Of a stretch of 64,000 bases of DNA, positions 1 through 9,900 are shown one piece after another. The notes below the pieces were generated by a model. That model did not search any database. It worked only from the letters and a program-made list of their open reading frames with translations, and was not told where the DNA came from. Position 1 is the first letter of the stretch. Each line of letters begins with the position of its first letter. This stretch comes from an uncultured cyanobacterium (GTDB lineage: Bacteria; Cyanobacteriota; Cyanobacteriia; Cyanobacteriales; CAWCAG01). The DNA lies in contig CAWCAG010000009.1 in NCBI GenBank assembly GCA_963793425.1, positions 928,001 to 992,000 of the forward strand. The letters are read 5' to 3'. Position numbers and translations under genes: made by a program.

Positions 1-7
1 TATACAT

Positions 8-880
8 TTACTTGCATAACAAAGCCGTTTCTTGAGCGGTAGTTTTATTTTCTTGATAGGTATTTGTACGACAGTTAATTTGACAAGAATTATTAGCAGT
101 TTCTTTTAATTCGATTCTATCGAGTTCTATACCCAGTTCTCGTATCGGTTGCTGCAAAATATTACACAGGTATAAGGCAATATTTTCTGCTGTAGGAATT
201 ACTTGGGAAAAATAAGCAATATCTTGATTAAGAAAAGTATGATCTAAAGGCTCAATCACCTTTTCTTCTATTACTTGTCTCAATTTTCTTAATTCTACAA
301 TCCTTCCGGTACGACTATCGATTTCTCCTACTACTCTTACTTCTAAATAATAATTGTGGCCATGGCCATTAGCGTTAGCACATTTACCATATATTTGTCT
401 ATTTTCTTCATCGCTCAAAGTCGGTAGAGCTAGGCGATGAGCTGCACTAAAGTAGACCCCAAAGTTAACAAAAGCTTCCATACCATTTCCTCGATAATTA
501 ACCCAAAATTCTGGCTGTTCAAACAAACAAACTTTAGCTAAAGGTAACTCAGGAAGAAGACGCTGCCAAATTACTTTAGCAAGATATTCTGGAGTTGGTA
601 AAGTGTCTTGAAATTCTGGCCAAATTTCATTGAGATAAGCATAATTCAAGTCATCAATAATTTTACGTTGAATTAATTGTTTAACCTCGAAAAAATTCTG
701 TACCATGCCATATTTGTCAATTTCTCCCAGGGCAGAAACAGATAAAACATAGTTATGCCCCCCTCCAGGAAATCTACTTTCTGCACCAAATCTGTGTAGA
801 TTCTCTGCTTCACTCAGTTCCGGTAGCCAATAGCGATAGCTGGCGGAAAATTGAGCGCGACGGCTGATGAGACATTTCAT
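8..880 (-). CDS. queD: 6-carboxytetrahydropterin synthase / PTPS, tandem two-domain cyanobacterial type
   Basis: Two PTPS repeats; the C-terminal one has FSAAHRL, GKC..GHGHNY, LDH and TAENIA. ATG at 880 preferred over the ORF-track start at 895. Confidence 0.85.
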   Translation of the reverse strand: MKCLISRRAQFSASYRYWLPELSEAENLHRFGAESRFPGGGHNYVLSVSALGEIDKYGMVQNFFEVKQLIQRKIIDDLNYAYLNEIWPEFQDTLPTPEYLAKVIWQRLLPELPLAKVCLFEQPEFWVNYRGNGMEAFVNFGVYFSAAHRLALPTLSDEENRQIYGKCANANGHGHNYYLEVRVVGEIDSRTGRIVELRKLRQVIEEKVIEPLDHTFLNQDIAYFSQVIPTAENIALYLCNILQQPIRELGIELDRIELKETANNSCQINCRTNTYQENKTTAQETALLCK

Positions 881-929
881 AGAACCCGTGATCACATGAG
901 TACTTTATTTAAGATAAACCAAAAATTAA

Positions 930-1625
930 TTAAATATTTGCCAATTCTTGGGCTTCCCCATAAAAGCCTGTAGCGATGCGGAATAATTCTCTACCTGTAT
1001 TCAAATAATATTCGTCGTAATTGAGGGTAAACATTCGTAATTCTTCAATACCGTCACCAAGTTGGTTGAGACAATAGTAGAGATTAGTAGCTGTTCCGGC
1101 TACTTTGGTGGGGTTAGGTTGGGAAGTGAATAGTTGTTGGGCGCACTTCAGTTGCAAGCGACAATCTTCCAAGTAGTCTTGAAATGCTGCCATCAGCTCG
1201 TCATCGAAAGGATCAGCAGAAAGATATTCTATTTCTGCTTCTAAGGAATTGAGGATAATGGAAATAAGCTGATTAACTGGTTGATAAACTTCCTGAAACC
1301 ATTTGTAGAGATGGGTATCCTGTTCTCGTCCTGTTTTATACTGGCGGCGGTAGCGCTCTTGTGCTTGAGAAGTTCTTTGTTGTCTGCTGACAAAAGATGC
1401 ATCTCGATGAGGAGAAAATAATTGGCGATCATAACTGCGGCGGCGTTGGGGATCGCTTAAAACCTCATAGGCACAATTGAGTAAAACAATTTGTCCATGG
1501 TTAGCGGTATCTCTGTGAGTATCGGGGTGAAAGCGCTTAACTAGATGACGATAAGCTTGCTTGATTTCCCTTTGAGTAACTTTTGGATCAACTTCTAGGA
1601 TTTGGTAGTAGTTGAGTTGTGGCAT
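930..1625 (-). CDS. J-domain (DnaJ-like) protein
   Basis: N-terminal NYYQIL..EIKQAYR..FHPD..AYEVLSD J-domain. Confidence 0.9.
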   Translation of the reverse strand: MPQLNYYQILEVDPKVTQREIKQAYRHLVKRFHPDTHRDTANHGQIVLLNCAYEVLSDPQRRRSYDRQLFSPHRDASFVSRQQRTSQAQERYRRQYKTGREQDTHLYKWFQEVYQPVNQLISIILNSLEAEIEYLSADPFDDELMAAFQDYLEDCRLQLKCAQQLFTSQPNPTKVAGTATNLYYCLNQLGDGIEELRMFTLNYDEYYLNTGRELFRIATGFYGEAQELANI

Positions 1626-1660
1626 TTAATTTGAGGGCTGCAGCTCATAATTACCAATAT

Positions 1661-1692
1661 TGTAGGGGCGAAGAGTGTCCCTTGCCCCTACA
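1661..1692. repeat. REP-like palindrome
   Basis: TGTAGGGGCGA...TTGCCCCTACA inverted repeat with GTAG end. Confidence 0.6.
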
Positions 1693-1709
1693 TGAGGATG
1701 AGGCAAAAG

Positions 1710-3263
1710 CTAATCTTTCACTGAAGAAACTGTATAACTAGGAGGTTCTACTTTAACTAAAGTAGACTTCAACATCGGAGTACTAGCCACAGACTCATTC
1801 GCTAAAGAAAAGAGGGGATTAGAAAGAATTCCTGCCAAACTAGTGGCAATCAGACTTAAAATCAAACCCACTTGTAGAGGACGCATTCCCCGCAAGTCCC
1901 AGCGTATAGGTGGATAGTTACGTACCGAATCAGAAACTTCGTGGGGTTCTTTCACCACCATCATTTTAACTACTCGGATGTAGTAGTAGATGGAAATGAC
2001 ACTGGTTATTAAGCCTAAGAGAACCAAACCATAAAGCCCCGCTTGCCAACCTGCCCAAAAGAGGTAAATTTTGCCAAAGAATCCTGCCATGGGAGGTATA
2101 CCCCCTAAAGAAAGTAGGCAGATACTTAAGCACAGGGTTAATAAAGGGTCTTTTTGATATAAACCAGCATACTCACTGATTTGATCTGTTCCTGTACGCA
2201 GGGAGAAGAGGATGACGCAGGAAAAAGCCCCTAGGTTCATAAAGAGGTAAATTAGCAGGTAAAACACCATGCTGGCATAGCCGGATTCTGTACCAGCGAT
2301 CAAACCAATCATCACAAAGCCAGCTTGGGCGATGGAGGAGTAAGCTAGCATCCGTTTCATGCTGCTTTGTGCCAAAGCGACGACATTTCCTAATACCATG
2401 CTGAGGATGGCTAGGGCTGTGAAGATGAAGCGCCATTCATCACTAACCACAACAAAAGCTGTGTCAAGTAAGCGAATTGCTAAGGCAAAACCAGCCGCTT
2501 TAGAACCTACAGATAAAAAAGCGACGACTGGAGTTGGCGAACCTTCATAAACATCAGGAGTCCATTGGTGAAAGGGAACAGCAGAAATTTTAAAAGCAAT
2601 ACCAGCAATCACAAATACCAAAGAAACAGCAATACCTAAGTCATTAGCACCTCCAGCTACTAAGCTTTGGGAAATAGCTTCTAAGTTAGTTTGCCCTCCC
2701 GATAAACCATACAGGAAGGAAAGGCCATAGAGAAAAATTGCTGAACTAGAAGCACCAATTAATAGGTATTTCAGGGCAGCTTCATTAGAACGAGAGTCCC
2801 GCTTCATATACCCTGTCATTAGGTACGAAGAAATACTCAAGGTTTCTAGGGAAACGAAAATTATTACTAACTCGTTAGCCCCAGAAAGAAGCATTCCTCC
2901 TAAAGTCGCAGACAGCATAATGGCAATAAACTCTGCTAAGGAAGAACCCGCTTGTTCTACGTAGCGGATTGACATCAAGATGGTTACAGCCGTTGACAGA
3001 GAAATGATGCCGCGAAAGACAATACTCAGGTTGTCACTATTAAAACTGCCAAGGAAGCCGATAGGATTGGGGTTATTCCATTGGTAATACAAGGCTACTT
3101 CTGAGAGTAATAACCCTGCGATCGCGACATAGGGCAACCAACGGCCATAACTTTTTCCGAGGATTAAGTCTCCTACCAAAACCACCATGAGGGTGATTAT
3201 CACCAGCCCTTCTGGCCAAATTGTTCCAGCGTTTAGCTGGGCTGCAATACTAGCAAAATCCAT
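1710..3263 (-). CDS. ndhB: NAD(P)H-quinone oxidoreductase subunit 2
   Basis: Polytopic membrane protein with [34 protein letters not shown] and KRMLAYSSI. Confidence 0.97.
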   Translation of the reverse strand: MDFASIAAQLNAGTIWPEGLVIITLMVVLVGDLILGKSYGRWLPYVAIAGLLLSEVALYYQWNNPNPIGFLGSFNSDNLSIVFRGIISLSTAVTILMSIRYVEQAGSSLAEFIAIMLSATLGGMLLSGANELVIIFVSLETLSISSYLMTGYMKRDSRSNEAALKYLLIGASSSAIFLYGLSFLYGLSGGQTNLEAISQSLVAGGANDLGIAVSLVFVIAGIAFKISAVPFHQWTPDVYEGSPTPVVAFLSVGSKAAGFALAIRLLDTAFVVVSDEWRFIFTALAILSMVLGNVVALAQSSMKRMLAYSSIAQAGFVMIGLIAGTESGYASMVFYLLIYLFMNLGAFSCVILFSLRTGTDQISEYAGLYQKDPLLTLCLSICLLSLGGIPPMAGFFGKIYLFWAGWQAGLYGLVLLGLITSVISIYYYIRVVKMMVVKEPHEVSDSVRNYPPIRWDLRGMRPLQVGLILSLIATSLAGILSNPLFSLANESVASTPMLKSTLVKVEPPSYTVSSVKD

Positions 3264-3782
3264 AAAGTTTAGGCAAATTTGAGATATTTCTAGAGCCTCA
3301 GTCCAGTCCTGTCAAAAAGGTGGCTGTAACTGACTCTTCAAAAAGCTTTACAAGGCAATTGTACCTTGTTGAGGGAAAGTTATTATTCATTGGTGATAAG
3401 TTAAGCAAGAGGCCAATTTGTCAAGCTATTTACTTTAAAGCATCGGAGTTGGGTTATACCTTTGTCTCGTAAATTAAGTCTAAATTCTGAGCAATGGTCA
3501 ATTCTTCGTTGTTAACGGTAGTTAAAACTAAAATAAAAGTCACTCAACTCACAAGAAAGAAGGGAGCAGCAACCCAAGAAGCCCACGCTGTACTCATAGA
3601 GTTAGTGTATTGGGAGTATGCCACAAAACATTTCTTTGGGTTAGATAGCACCAACCAAGACAAATATTCGCTATGTTTGTTTAGAGACAGTTATGTAGAG
3701 TAACTTTGGTAGAGAAGAGCTAATTCTTTTGTACTTACGTTACGAACCTCTCTTTATTCCCATAAGCGACCCTGACAAATTT

Positions 3783-6389
3783 ATGTCAACCCTAGTCATT
3801 GTCGAATCTCCGACTAAAGCCCGCACTATTCGCAATTTTCTCCCCTCAGATTATCGCGTCGAGGCCTCCATGGGTCATGTACGTGACCTCCCCTCATCGG
3901 CAGATGAAATTCCTGCGGCTTATAAGGGCAAAGATTGGGCGCAGTTAGGAGTTAATGTTGAGGATGAATTTTCAGCCCTCTACGTGATTCCGAAGAAAAA
4001 AAAGAAGGTTGTTAAAGAACTTAAAGATGCCCTCAAGGAAGCAGATGAACTTGTTTTAGCCACTGATGAAGATCGCGAAGGAGAAAGCATCAGTTGGCAT
4101 TTACTCCAGCTTTTAAAGCCGAAAGTACCTACCAAGCGGATGGTATTTCATGAAATCACTTCAGAAGCAATTCAAAGCGCCCTGAAAAACCGTCGCGATA
4201 TTGATGATAATTTAGTCAAAGCCCAGGAAACTCGGCGTATTCTCGACCGCTTGGTTGGTTATACCCTTTCTCCTTTACTCTGGAAGAAAATTGCTTGGGG
4301 ACTCTCCGCAGGCAGGGTACAATCTGTGGCGGTAAGGTTGTTGGTGGAAAGAGAAAGACAGCGTCGCGCTTTCCGTCAAGGGGGTTATTGGGATCTTAAA
4401 GCTAGTTTGGAGCAGAAGAAAAGCCCTTTTGAAGCAAAGTTAGTTACCTTGGCTGGGAAGAAATTAGCGACAGGCAGTGATTTTGATGCTAGTACAGGAA
4501 AAATTGCTAAGGGTAAGAAGGTTGTCCTGCTTAACGAAGAAGAAGCAGAAGCTTTAAAAGAGCGCTTGAAGGGTAAAACCTGGACTGTTACAAAAATTGA
4601 GGAAAAACCCACTACCCGCAAACCTGCTCCCCCCTTCACCACATCAACCCTGCAACAGGAAAGTAATCGCAAGTTAGGTATTTCTGCCAAGGATACGATG
4701 CGGACAGCTCAAAACCTTTATGAACAGGGTTACATTACCTACATGAGAACAGACTCTGTTCATCTTTCTCAGCAAGCGATCGCTGCGGCTAGGTCTTGTG
4801 TAGAACAGAAGTATGGTAAAGAATATTTAAGTAAGACACCCCGGCAATATAAAACCAAAAGCAAAGGGGCCCAAGAAGCACACGAAGCGATTCGTCCGGC
4901 AGGAAAAACTTTCCGTACTCCCCAAGAAACAGGTTTGTCAGCGCGAGAATTCAAACTTTATGATTTGATCTGGAAGCGTACCGTAGCTAGCCAAATGGCA
5001 GAAGCGAAGTTAACTCAAATTGCCGTACAACTTCAAGTAGAAGATGCGGGTTTCCGTTCTTCTGGCAAGCGTATTGATTTCCCTGGTTTCTTCCGTGCCT
5101 ATGTGGAAGGTTCCGATGATCCTGAAGCAGCTTTAGATAACCAAGAAGTCGTTTTACCTGCCTTAAAAGAAGGGGACAACCCTAACTGTAAGAAACTCGA
5201 AACCGTCAGCCATGAAACCCAGCCTCCGGCAAGATATACGGAAGCATCTTTAGTCAAAACCTTAGAAAAAGAAGGCATCGGTCGCCCTAGCACCTACGCT
5301 ACGATCATTAGTACAATCATGGATCGCGGTTATGCCCAAATGCGGGATAAGGCCTTAATTCCTACCTTCACCGCTTTTGCTGTATCTAGCTTATTGGAAA
5401 GCTATTTCCCTGACTTAGTAGATACTCGCTTCACTTCTAAAATGGAGCAAACTTTAGATGAAATTGCTTCTGGAGAAGTGCAATGGTTACCTTATTTAAC
5501 TAAATTTTATTTAGGGGCAGAGGGTTTAGAAACCCAGGTTAAGGACAAAGCTAATGCTATTGAACCTAGTATGGCCAAGGCTGTGGCTTTAGAAAATTTG
5601 GAAGCTAAGGTTAAGATTGGTAAATTTGGCCCTTATTTGGAAGTAGAAAATGGTGATGGGGTTGTCACAGCTTCCATTCCTGAAGATTTAACCCCGGCTG
5701 ATCTTAATCCAGAACAAGTTGAAATCTTACTGAAGCAAAAAACTGAAGGCCCAGAAAAGCTGGGAATGCACCCAGAAACTGGAGAAGCAATTTATATTTT
5801 AATTGGTAACTACGGCCCCTATGTGCAGTTAGGAGAGGTTACTGAAGAGAACAAAAAACCGAAAAGGTCTTCTTTGCCCAAAGGGATGAAAACCGAAGAC
5901 CTCACTTTAGACACTGCTGTGGGCTTACTCTCTCTGCCTCGTCTTTTGGGAGTACATCCAGCCACAGAAGCAAAAATCAAGGCGAGTTTAGGTCGATTTG
6001 GCCCTTATGTAGTTCATGATCAGGGTAAGGAAGGCAAGGATTATCGTTCTCTAAGAAAAGAAGATGATATTTTGACTATTACCTTAGAAAGGGCTTTAGA
6101 ATTATTAGCCCAACCCAAAAAAGGTAGGGGAGGAAGTCGAGGTTCAAGTAAGAAACCTTTACGGGAATTGGGTTCACACCCAGAAGATAATGAACCAGTT
6201 AACGTTTATGATGGCCCTTACGGCCCTTATGTTAAACATGGCAAGGTTAATGCTAGTATCCCGGAAGGAGAGAAGACTGAAAGCATTACTTTAGAAACGG
6301 CGATTAATTTACTTTCCCAAAAGGCAAGTACGAAGAAAACTAAAACTCGTAAGAGTAAGAAGACAACAACGAAAAAGAAAGCTAAATAG
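3783..6389 (+). CDS. topA: DNA topoisomerase I
   Basis: [43 protein letters not shown]-terminal GK/RFGPY repeats and a Lys-rich tail. Confidence 0.97.
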   Translation: MSTLVIVESPTKARTIRNFLPSDYRVEASMGHVRDLPSSADEIPAAYKGKDWAQLGVNVEDEFSALYVIPKKKKKVVKELKDALKEADELVLATDEDREGESISWHLLQLLKPKVPTKRMVFHEITSEAIQSALKNRRDIDDNLVKAQETRRILDRLVGYTLSPLLWKKIAWGLSAGRVQSVAVRLLVERERQRRAFRQGGYWDLKASLEQKKSPFEAKLVTLAGKKLATGSDFDASTGKIAKGKKVVLLNEEEAEALKERLKGKTWTVTKIEEKPTTRKPAPPFTTSTLQQESNRKLGISAKDTMRTAQNLYEQGYITYMRTDSVHLSQQAIAAARSCVEQKYGKEYLSKTPRQYKTKSKGAQEAHEAIRPAGKTFRTPQETGLSAREFKLYDLIWKRTVASQMAEAKLTQIAVQLQVEDAGFRSSGKRIDFPGFFRAYVEGSDDPEAALDNQEVVLPALKEGDNPNCKKLETVSHETQPPARYTEASLVKTLEKEGIGRPSTYATIISTIMDRGYAQMRDKALIPTFTAFAVSSLLESYFPDLVDTRFTSKMEQTLDEIASGEVQWLPYLTKFYLGAEGLETQVKDKANAIEPSMAKAVALENLEAKVKIGKFGPYLEVENGDGVVTASIPEDLTPADLNPEQVEILLKQKTEGPEKLGMHPETGEAIYILIGNYGPYVQLGEVTEENKKPKRSSLPKGMKTEDLTLDTAVGLLSLPRLLGVHPATEAKIKASLGRFGPYVVHDQGKEGKDYRSLRKEDDILTITLERALELLAQPKKGRGGSRGSSKKPLRELGSHPEDNEPVNVYDGPYGPYVKHGKVNASIPEGEKTESITLETAINLLSQKASTKKTKTRKSKKTTTKKKAK

Positions 6390-6547
6390 TATAGGGACTT
6401 TACAAAATAACCTTTTTCCCATTGATGTCCAGTTCAACTTAGGATTGGTCACCACCTCTAGAGCTATCAATAAATATTGGGAAAATAAAGTTGTATAGCG
6501 TTATAAAACAATACAAACAACGAGTCCGTTTAAACATACTTAGCTAG

Positions 6548-6850
6548 GTGAACTACCTACACTGACCTGACGGTACAGTGTAGGCTTCCTGCCCAACAGA
6601 AAGCGTAGTAGTGGATTTCTTGCGTCCTCCCTTACTCCGACTTACATCTGGGCGACAGGCTTTATCCCCCGTTCCAGAGGTTAAAATTCGTAGTCCCTCA
6701 TCTCTGAGGTTAATAGATGCATTCACATCCCTACGAGATAGCTTGTGTAGAAAATCTTCACGACAGTTAGTTATTTTTCTATGAACTCTAGCAACTTTCC
6801 TTTCAACACTTACCGCGAAGCGGAAGTGTGAGGCTTCTTGCTGTTCAAGC
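6548..6850 (-). mobile_element. Non-autonomous IS200/IS605-family mini-element derived from tnpB, retaining both end hairpins and the omega-RNA region
   Basis: Minus strand: hairpin 6807-6828; startless frame 6801-6553 RKVARVHRKITNCREDFLHKLSR-RDVNASINLRDEGLRIL..; right end GAAG-hairpin(6556-6584)-TAGT-TCAC. Left boundary approximate. Confidence 0.8.
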
Positions 6851-6992
6851 TAAATTATCGCTAAATGTCCCGATGTTGCTAATTGAAGCTGAAAAACTTT
6901 ATACCGACCCAAAAGATAGAAATTCATTTTTCTCTAGTTAGAAACAAAGAAGCTGGGTCAAAATTGAAGTTGAAAGGTACTATTTGCTTCTC

Positions 6993-9900
6993 ATGATTTC
7001 TTTGTCTGGCTATGAGATTATTAAGCTTATTTCTGAGAGTTCAAGCTCTTTAGTTTATCGTGCCATTCAAATTAAGGATAGTCAACCTGTTGTCCTCAAA
7101 GTTCTCAACCAAGATTATCCTACACCAGAGCAATTAGATAGATTTAAGCAAGAGTATGCAATTAATTGTCAGTTAAATTTTGCTGGTGCAGTCAAAGTTT
7201 ATGGTTTAGAAATCTACCAAAGAACTTTAGTCATTGTTTTTGAGGATTTTGGAGGAGAGTCTTTAAAACAATTCATTGCTAATAAACCTTTAATGGGGGC
7301 AGAATTTCTCAAAGTTGCTATTCAAATAGCGGAAAATTTAGGGAAAATTCATTGCCGCAATATTATTCATCAAGATATTAATCCTGCCAATATTGTGATT
7401 CACCCTGTTACTAAACAAGTGAAAATTACTGATTTTGGCATTGCTAGTATTAATAAAAACTCCCATCTTCCCCCCCAGGAAATCTTAGGTACTTGGGCTT
7501 ATATGTCCCCAGAACAAACGGGAAGAATGAATTGTTCCCTCGATTACCGTACAGATTTTTACTCTTTGGGGGCAACTTTTTATGAATTACTAACTCAACA
7601 GCCACCTTTTTCTAATACAGATCCTTTGGAGTTGGTGCATTGTCATATTGCGAAAATGCCTATGGCATTAGGGAGTAGGGAGCAGGGAGCAGGGAGCAGT
7701 AAGATCCCTAGGGAGATCGCCGATATTGTGATCAAGTTGATGGCCAAGAATGCTGAAGATCGCTATCAAAGTGCTTGGGGATTGCAGGCAGATTTGGAAG
7801 AGTGTTTGCAACAACTACAAACCACAGGGATGATTACTCCATTCCCCCTGGCAAGCCAAGATGTTAGTGATAAATTTAGAATCCCCTCGAAACTCTACGG
7901 TAGGCAAACCGAAGTTACTCAGTTGTTAGCAGCCTTTAAGCGCGTAGCCACCCGGCAAACCCCTGCCTCCCCAAAAGGAGGAACAGAACTATTCTTAGTT
8001 GCTGGCTACTCTGGCATTGGTAAATCAGCATTGGTCAAAGAAATTCATCGCTCCCTTGCTGCCCAAGGTGCTTACTTTGTCTCTGGTAAATTTGAACAAT
8101 ATCAACGTAACATCCCTTATTTAGGAATAATTCGCGCTTTTCAGGAATTAGTGCAGCAACTGTTAAGGGAAAACGAGACGAAGCTACAAAGTTGGCGAGA
8201 ACAAATTCAAACAGCTTTAGGTAATCTGGGCAAGGTGATTATCGAAGTAATTCCGGAAATAGAACTGATTATTGGACAGCAACCAGAAATTCCTCAGCTT
8301 CGGGGCATGGAAGCAGAAAGCCGCTTTAACTTGGTCTTGCAAAATTTTGTCCGGGTTTTTGCTCAACCGAAACACCCCCTAGTTATTTTTCTTGATGATT
8401 TACAATGGGCTGATAGTGCTTCTCTGCAATTACTACAAATGTTAGCTACCACTGAGGTACGTCGCCAAAGTCTTGCTTATCCTGTTAGTCTGTTGTTGAT
8501 TGGTGCTTATCGAGAAGAAGAGGTTAGGGCAACTCATCCTTTGCGGTTAAATGCTGCGGAGATTGTGAAAGCGGGGGCAACAGTTAACCAAATTGAACTT
8601 AAAGCCTTAAATTTATTAGAGGTTAATGAGTTAATTGCTGACACTCTCTATTGTGATGCAGATAAGACTAAACCCTTAGCCCAATTGGTTTTAGATAAAA
8701 CGGGGGGTAATCCTTTTTTTGTCAGGGAGTTCTTGCAAGCCCTTCATAAACAAGGTTTGATCTTTTTCCTTTACACTCAATCTCAACAACAACAAGAACC
8801 CCACTGGTGTTGGGATTTAGAACAGATTAAAGCTCAAGGATTTACTAATAATGTTGTTGAGCTTCTGGCTGAAAGAATTCAGCAGCTACCAGAACAAACC
8901 CAAGCTGGTTTACAATTGGCAGCTTGTATTGGCAATCAGTTTACTCTCAATATTTTAGCAACTATTTGGCAAAAATCCCCCTCGGAAACTGTTACTTTAT
9001 TAGGGGCTGCGGTAGAAGAGAATTTAATTGTTGTCCTGGAAAGGGAAGAAACAGTAATCCAGTATGAATTTGTTCATGATCGCATTCAACAAGCAGCCTA
9101 TTCTCTCATCCCCAAACAACAGAAGCAACGCTTACATTTACAAATCGGCAGGTTATTACGCAGCAACTATTCAGAACAAGAGTTGCTTTTTACGATTGTC
9201 AATCAACTCAACTTAGGCAGGGAATTAATTACAACAGCAAGAGAAAAAGAAGAATTAGCACAGTTGAATTTATTGGTTGCTAAGAAAGCCCAGGCTTCGG
9301 CTGCATATGATTCAGCTTATCAATATCTTGAGGTTGGTTGCAAGCTCTTATCTCAAGATTGTTGGCAGGAACAATACAGCCTTGCCTTAGAAATCTATAC
9401 TTCAGCGGCAGAGGTTGCTTATCTCAGTAGCAATTTACCAGCAATGGAGAGATACATCGCTACAGTCCTCCAGAAAGGGAAAACTTTGCTAGATAAGGTT
9501 CCAGTCTATGAACTAAAAATTGAGGCTGATATCGCCCAAAATCACCTTCTAGAAGCAGTAAATACTTCCCTTACTGTCCTTGAATCTTTAGGAATCAAAC
9601 TACCGCAAAAACCTAGCAAATTAAATGTGTTGTCGGGTTTAATTAATAGCAAGTTGATTTTGCTGGGTAAGAAGATTTCTGAGTTGGTTGACTTGCCCAC
9701 AATGCAAGATGGTAAAATGCTTGCAGCTTTTCGTCTTCTCACTACTTTAGGTTCTGCTGCTTATTTAACTACGCCAGAACTAACTGCTTTGGTTAGTTGT
9801 AAGTCAGTTGCACTCTCTGTTAAATACGGTAACACAGCTTTGTCTCCTTTCACCTATGCCGGTTATGGAGTTATTCTTTGTGGTGTATTAGGGGATATTC

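Noticed and set aside
3494..3703. 69-aa ORF between ndhB and topA
   Set aside because: No recognisable motif; lies in a divergent promoter region.
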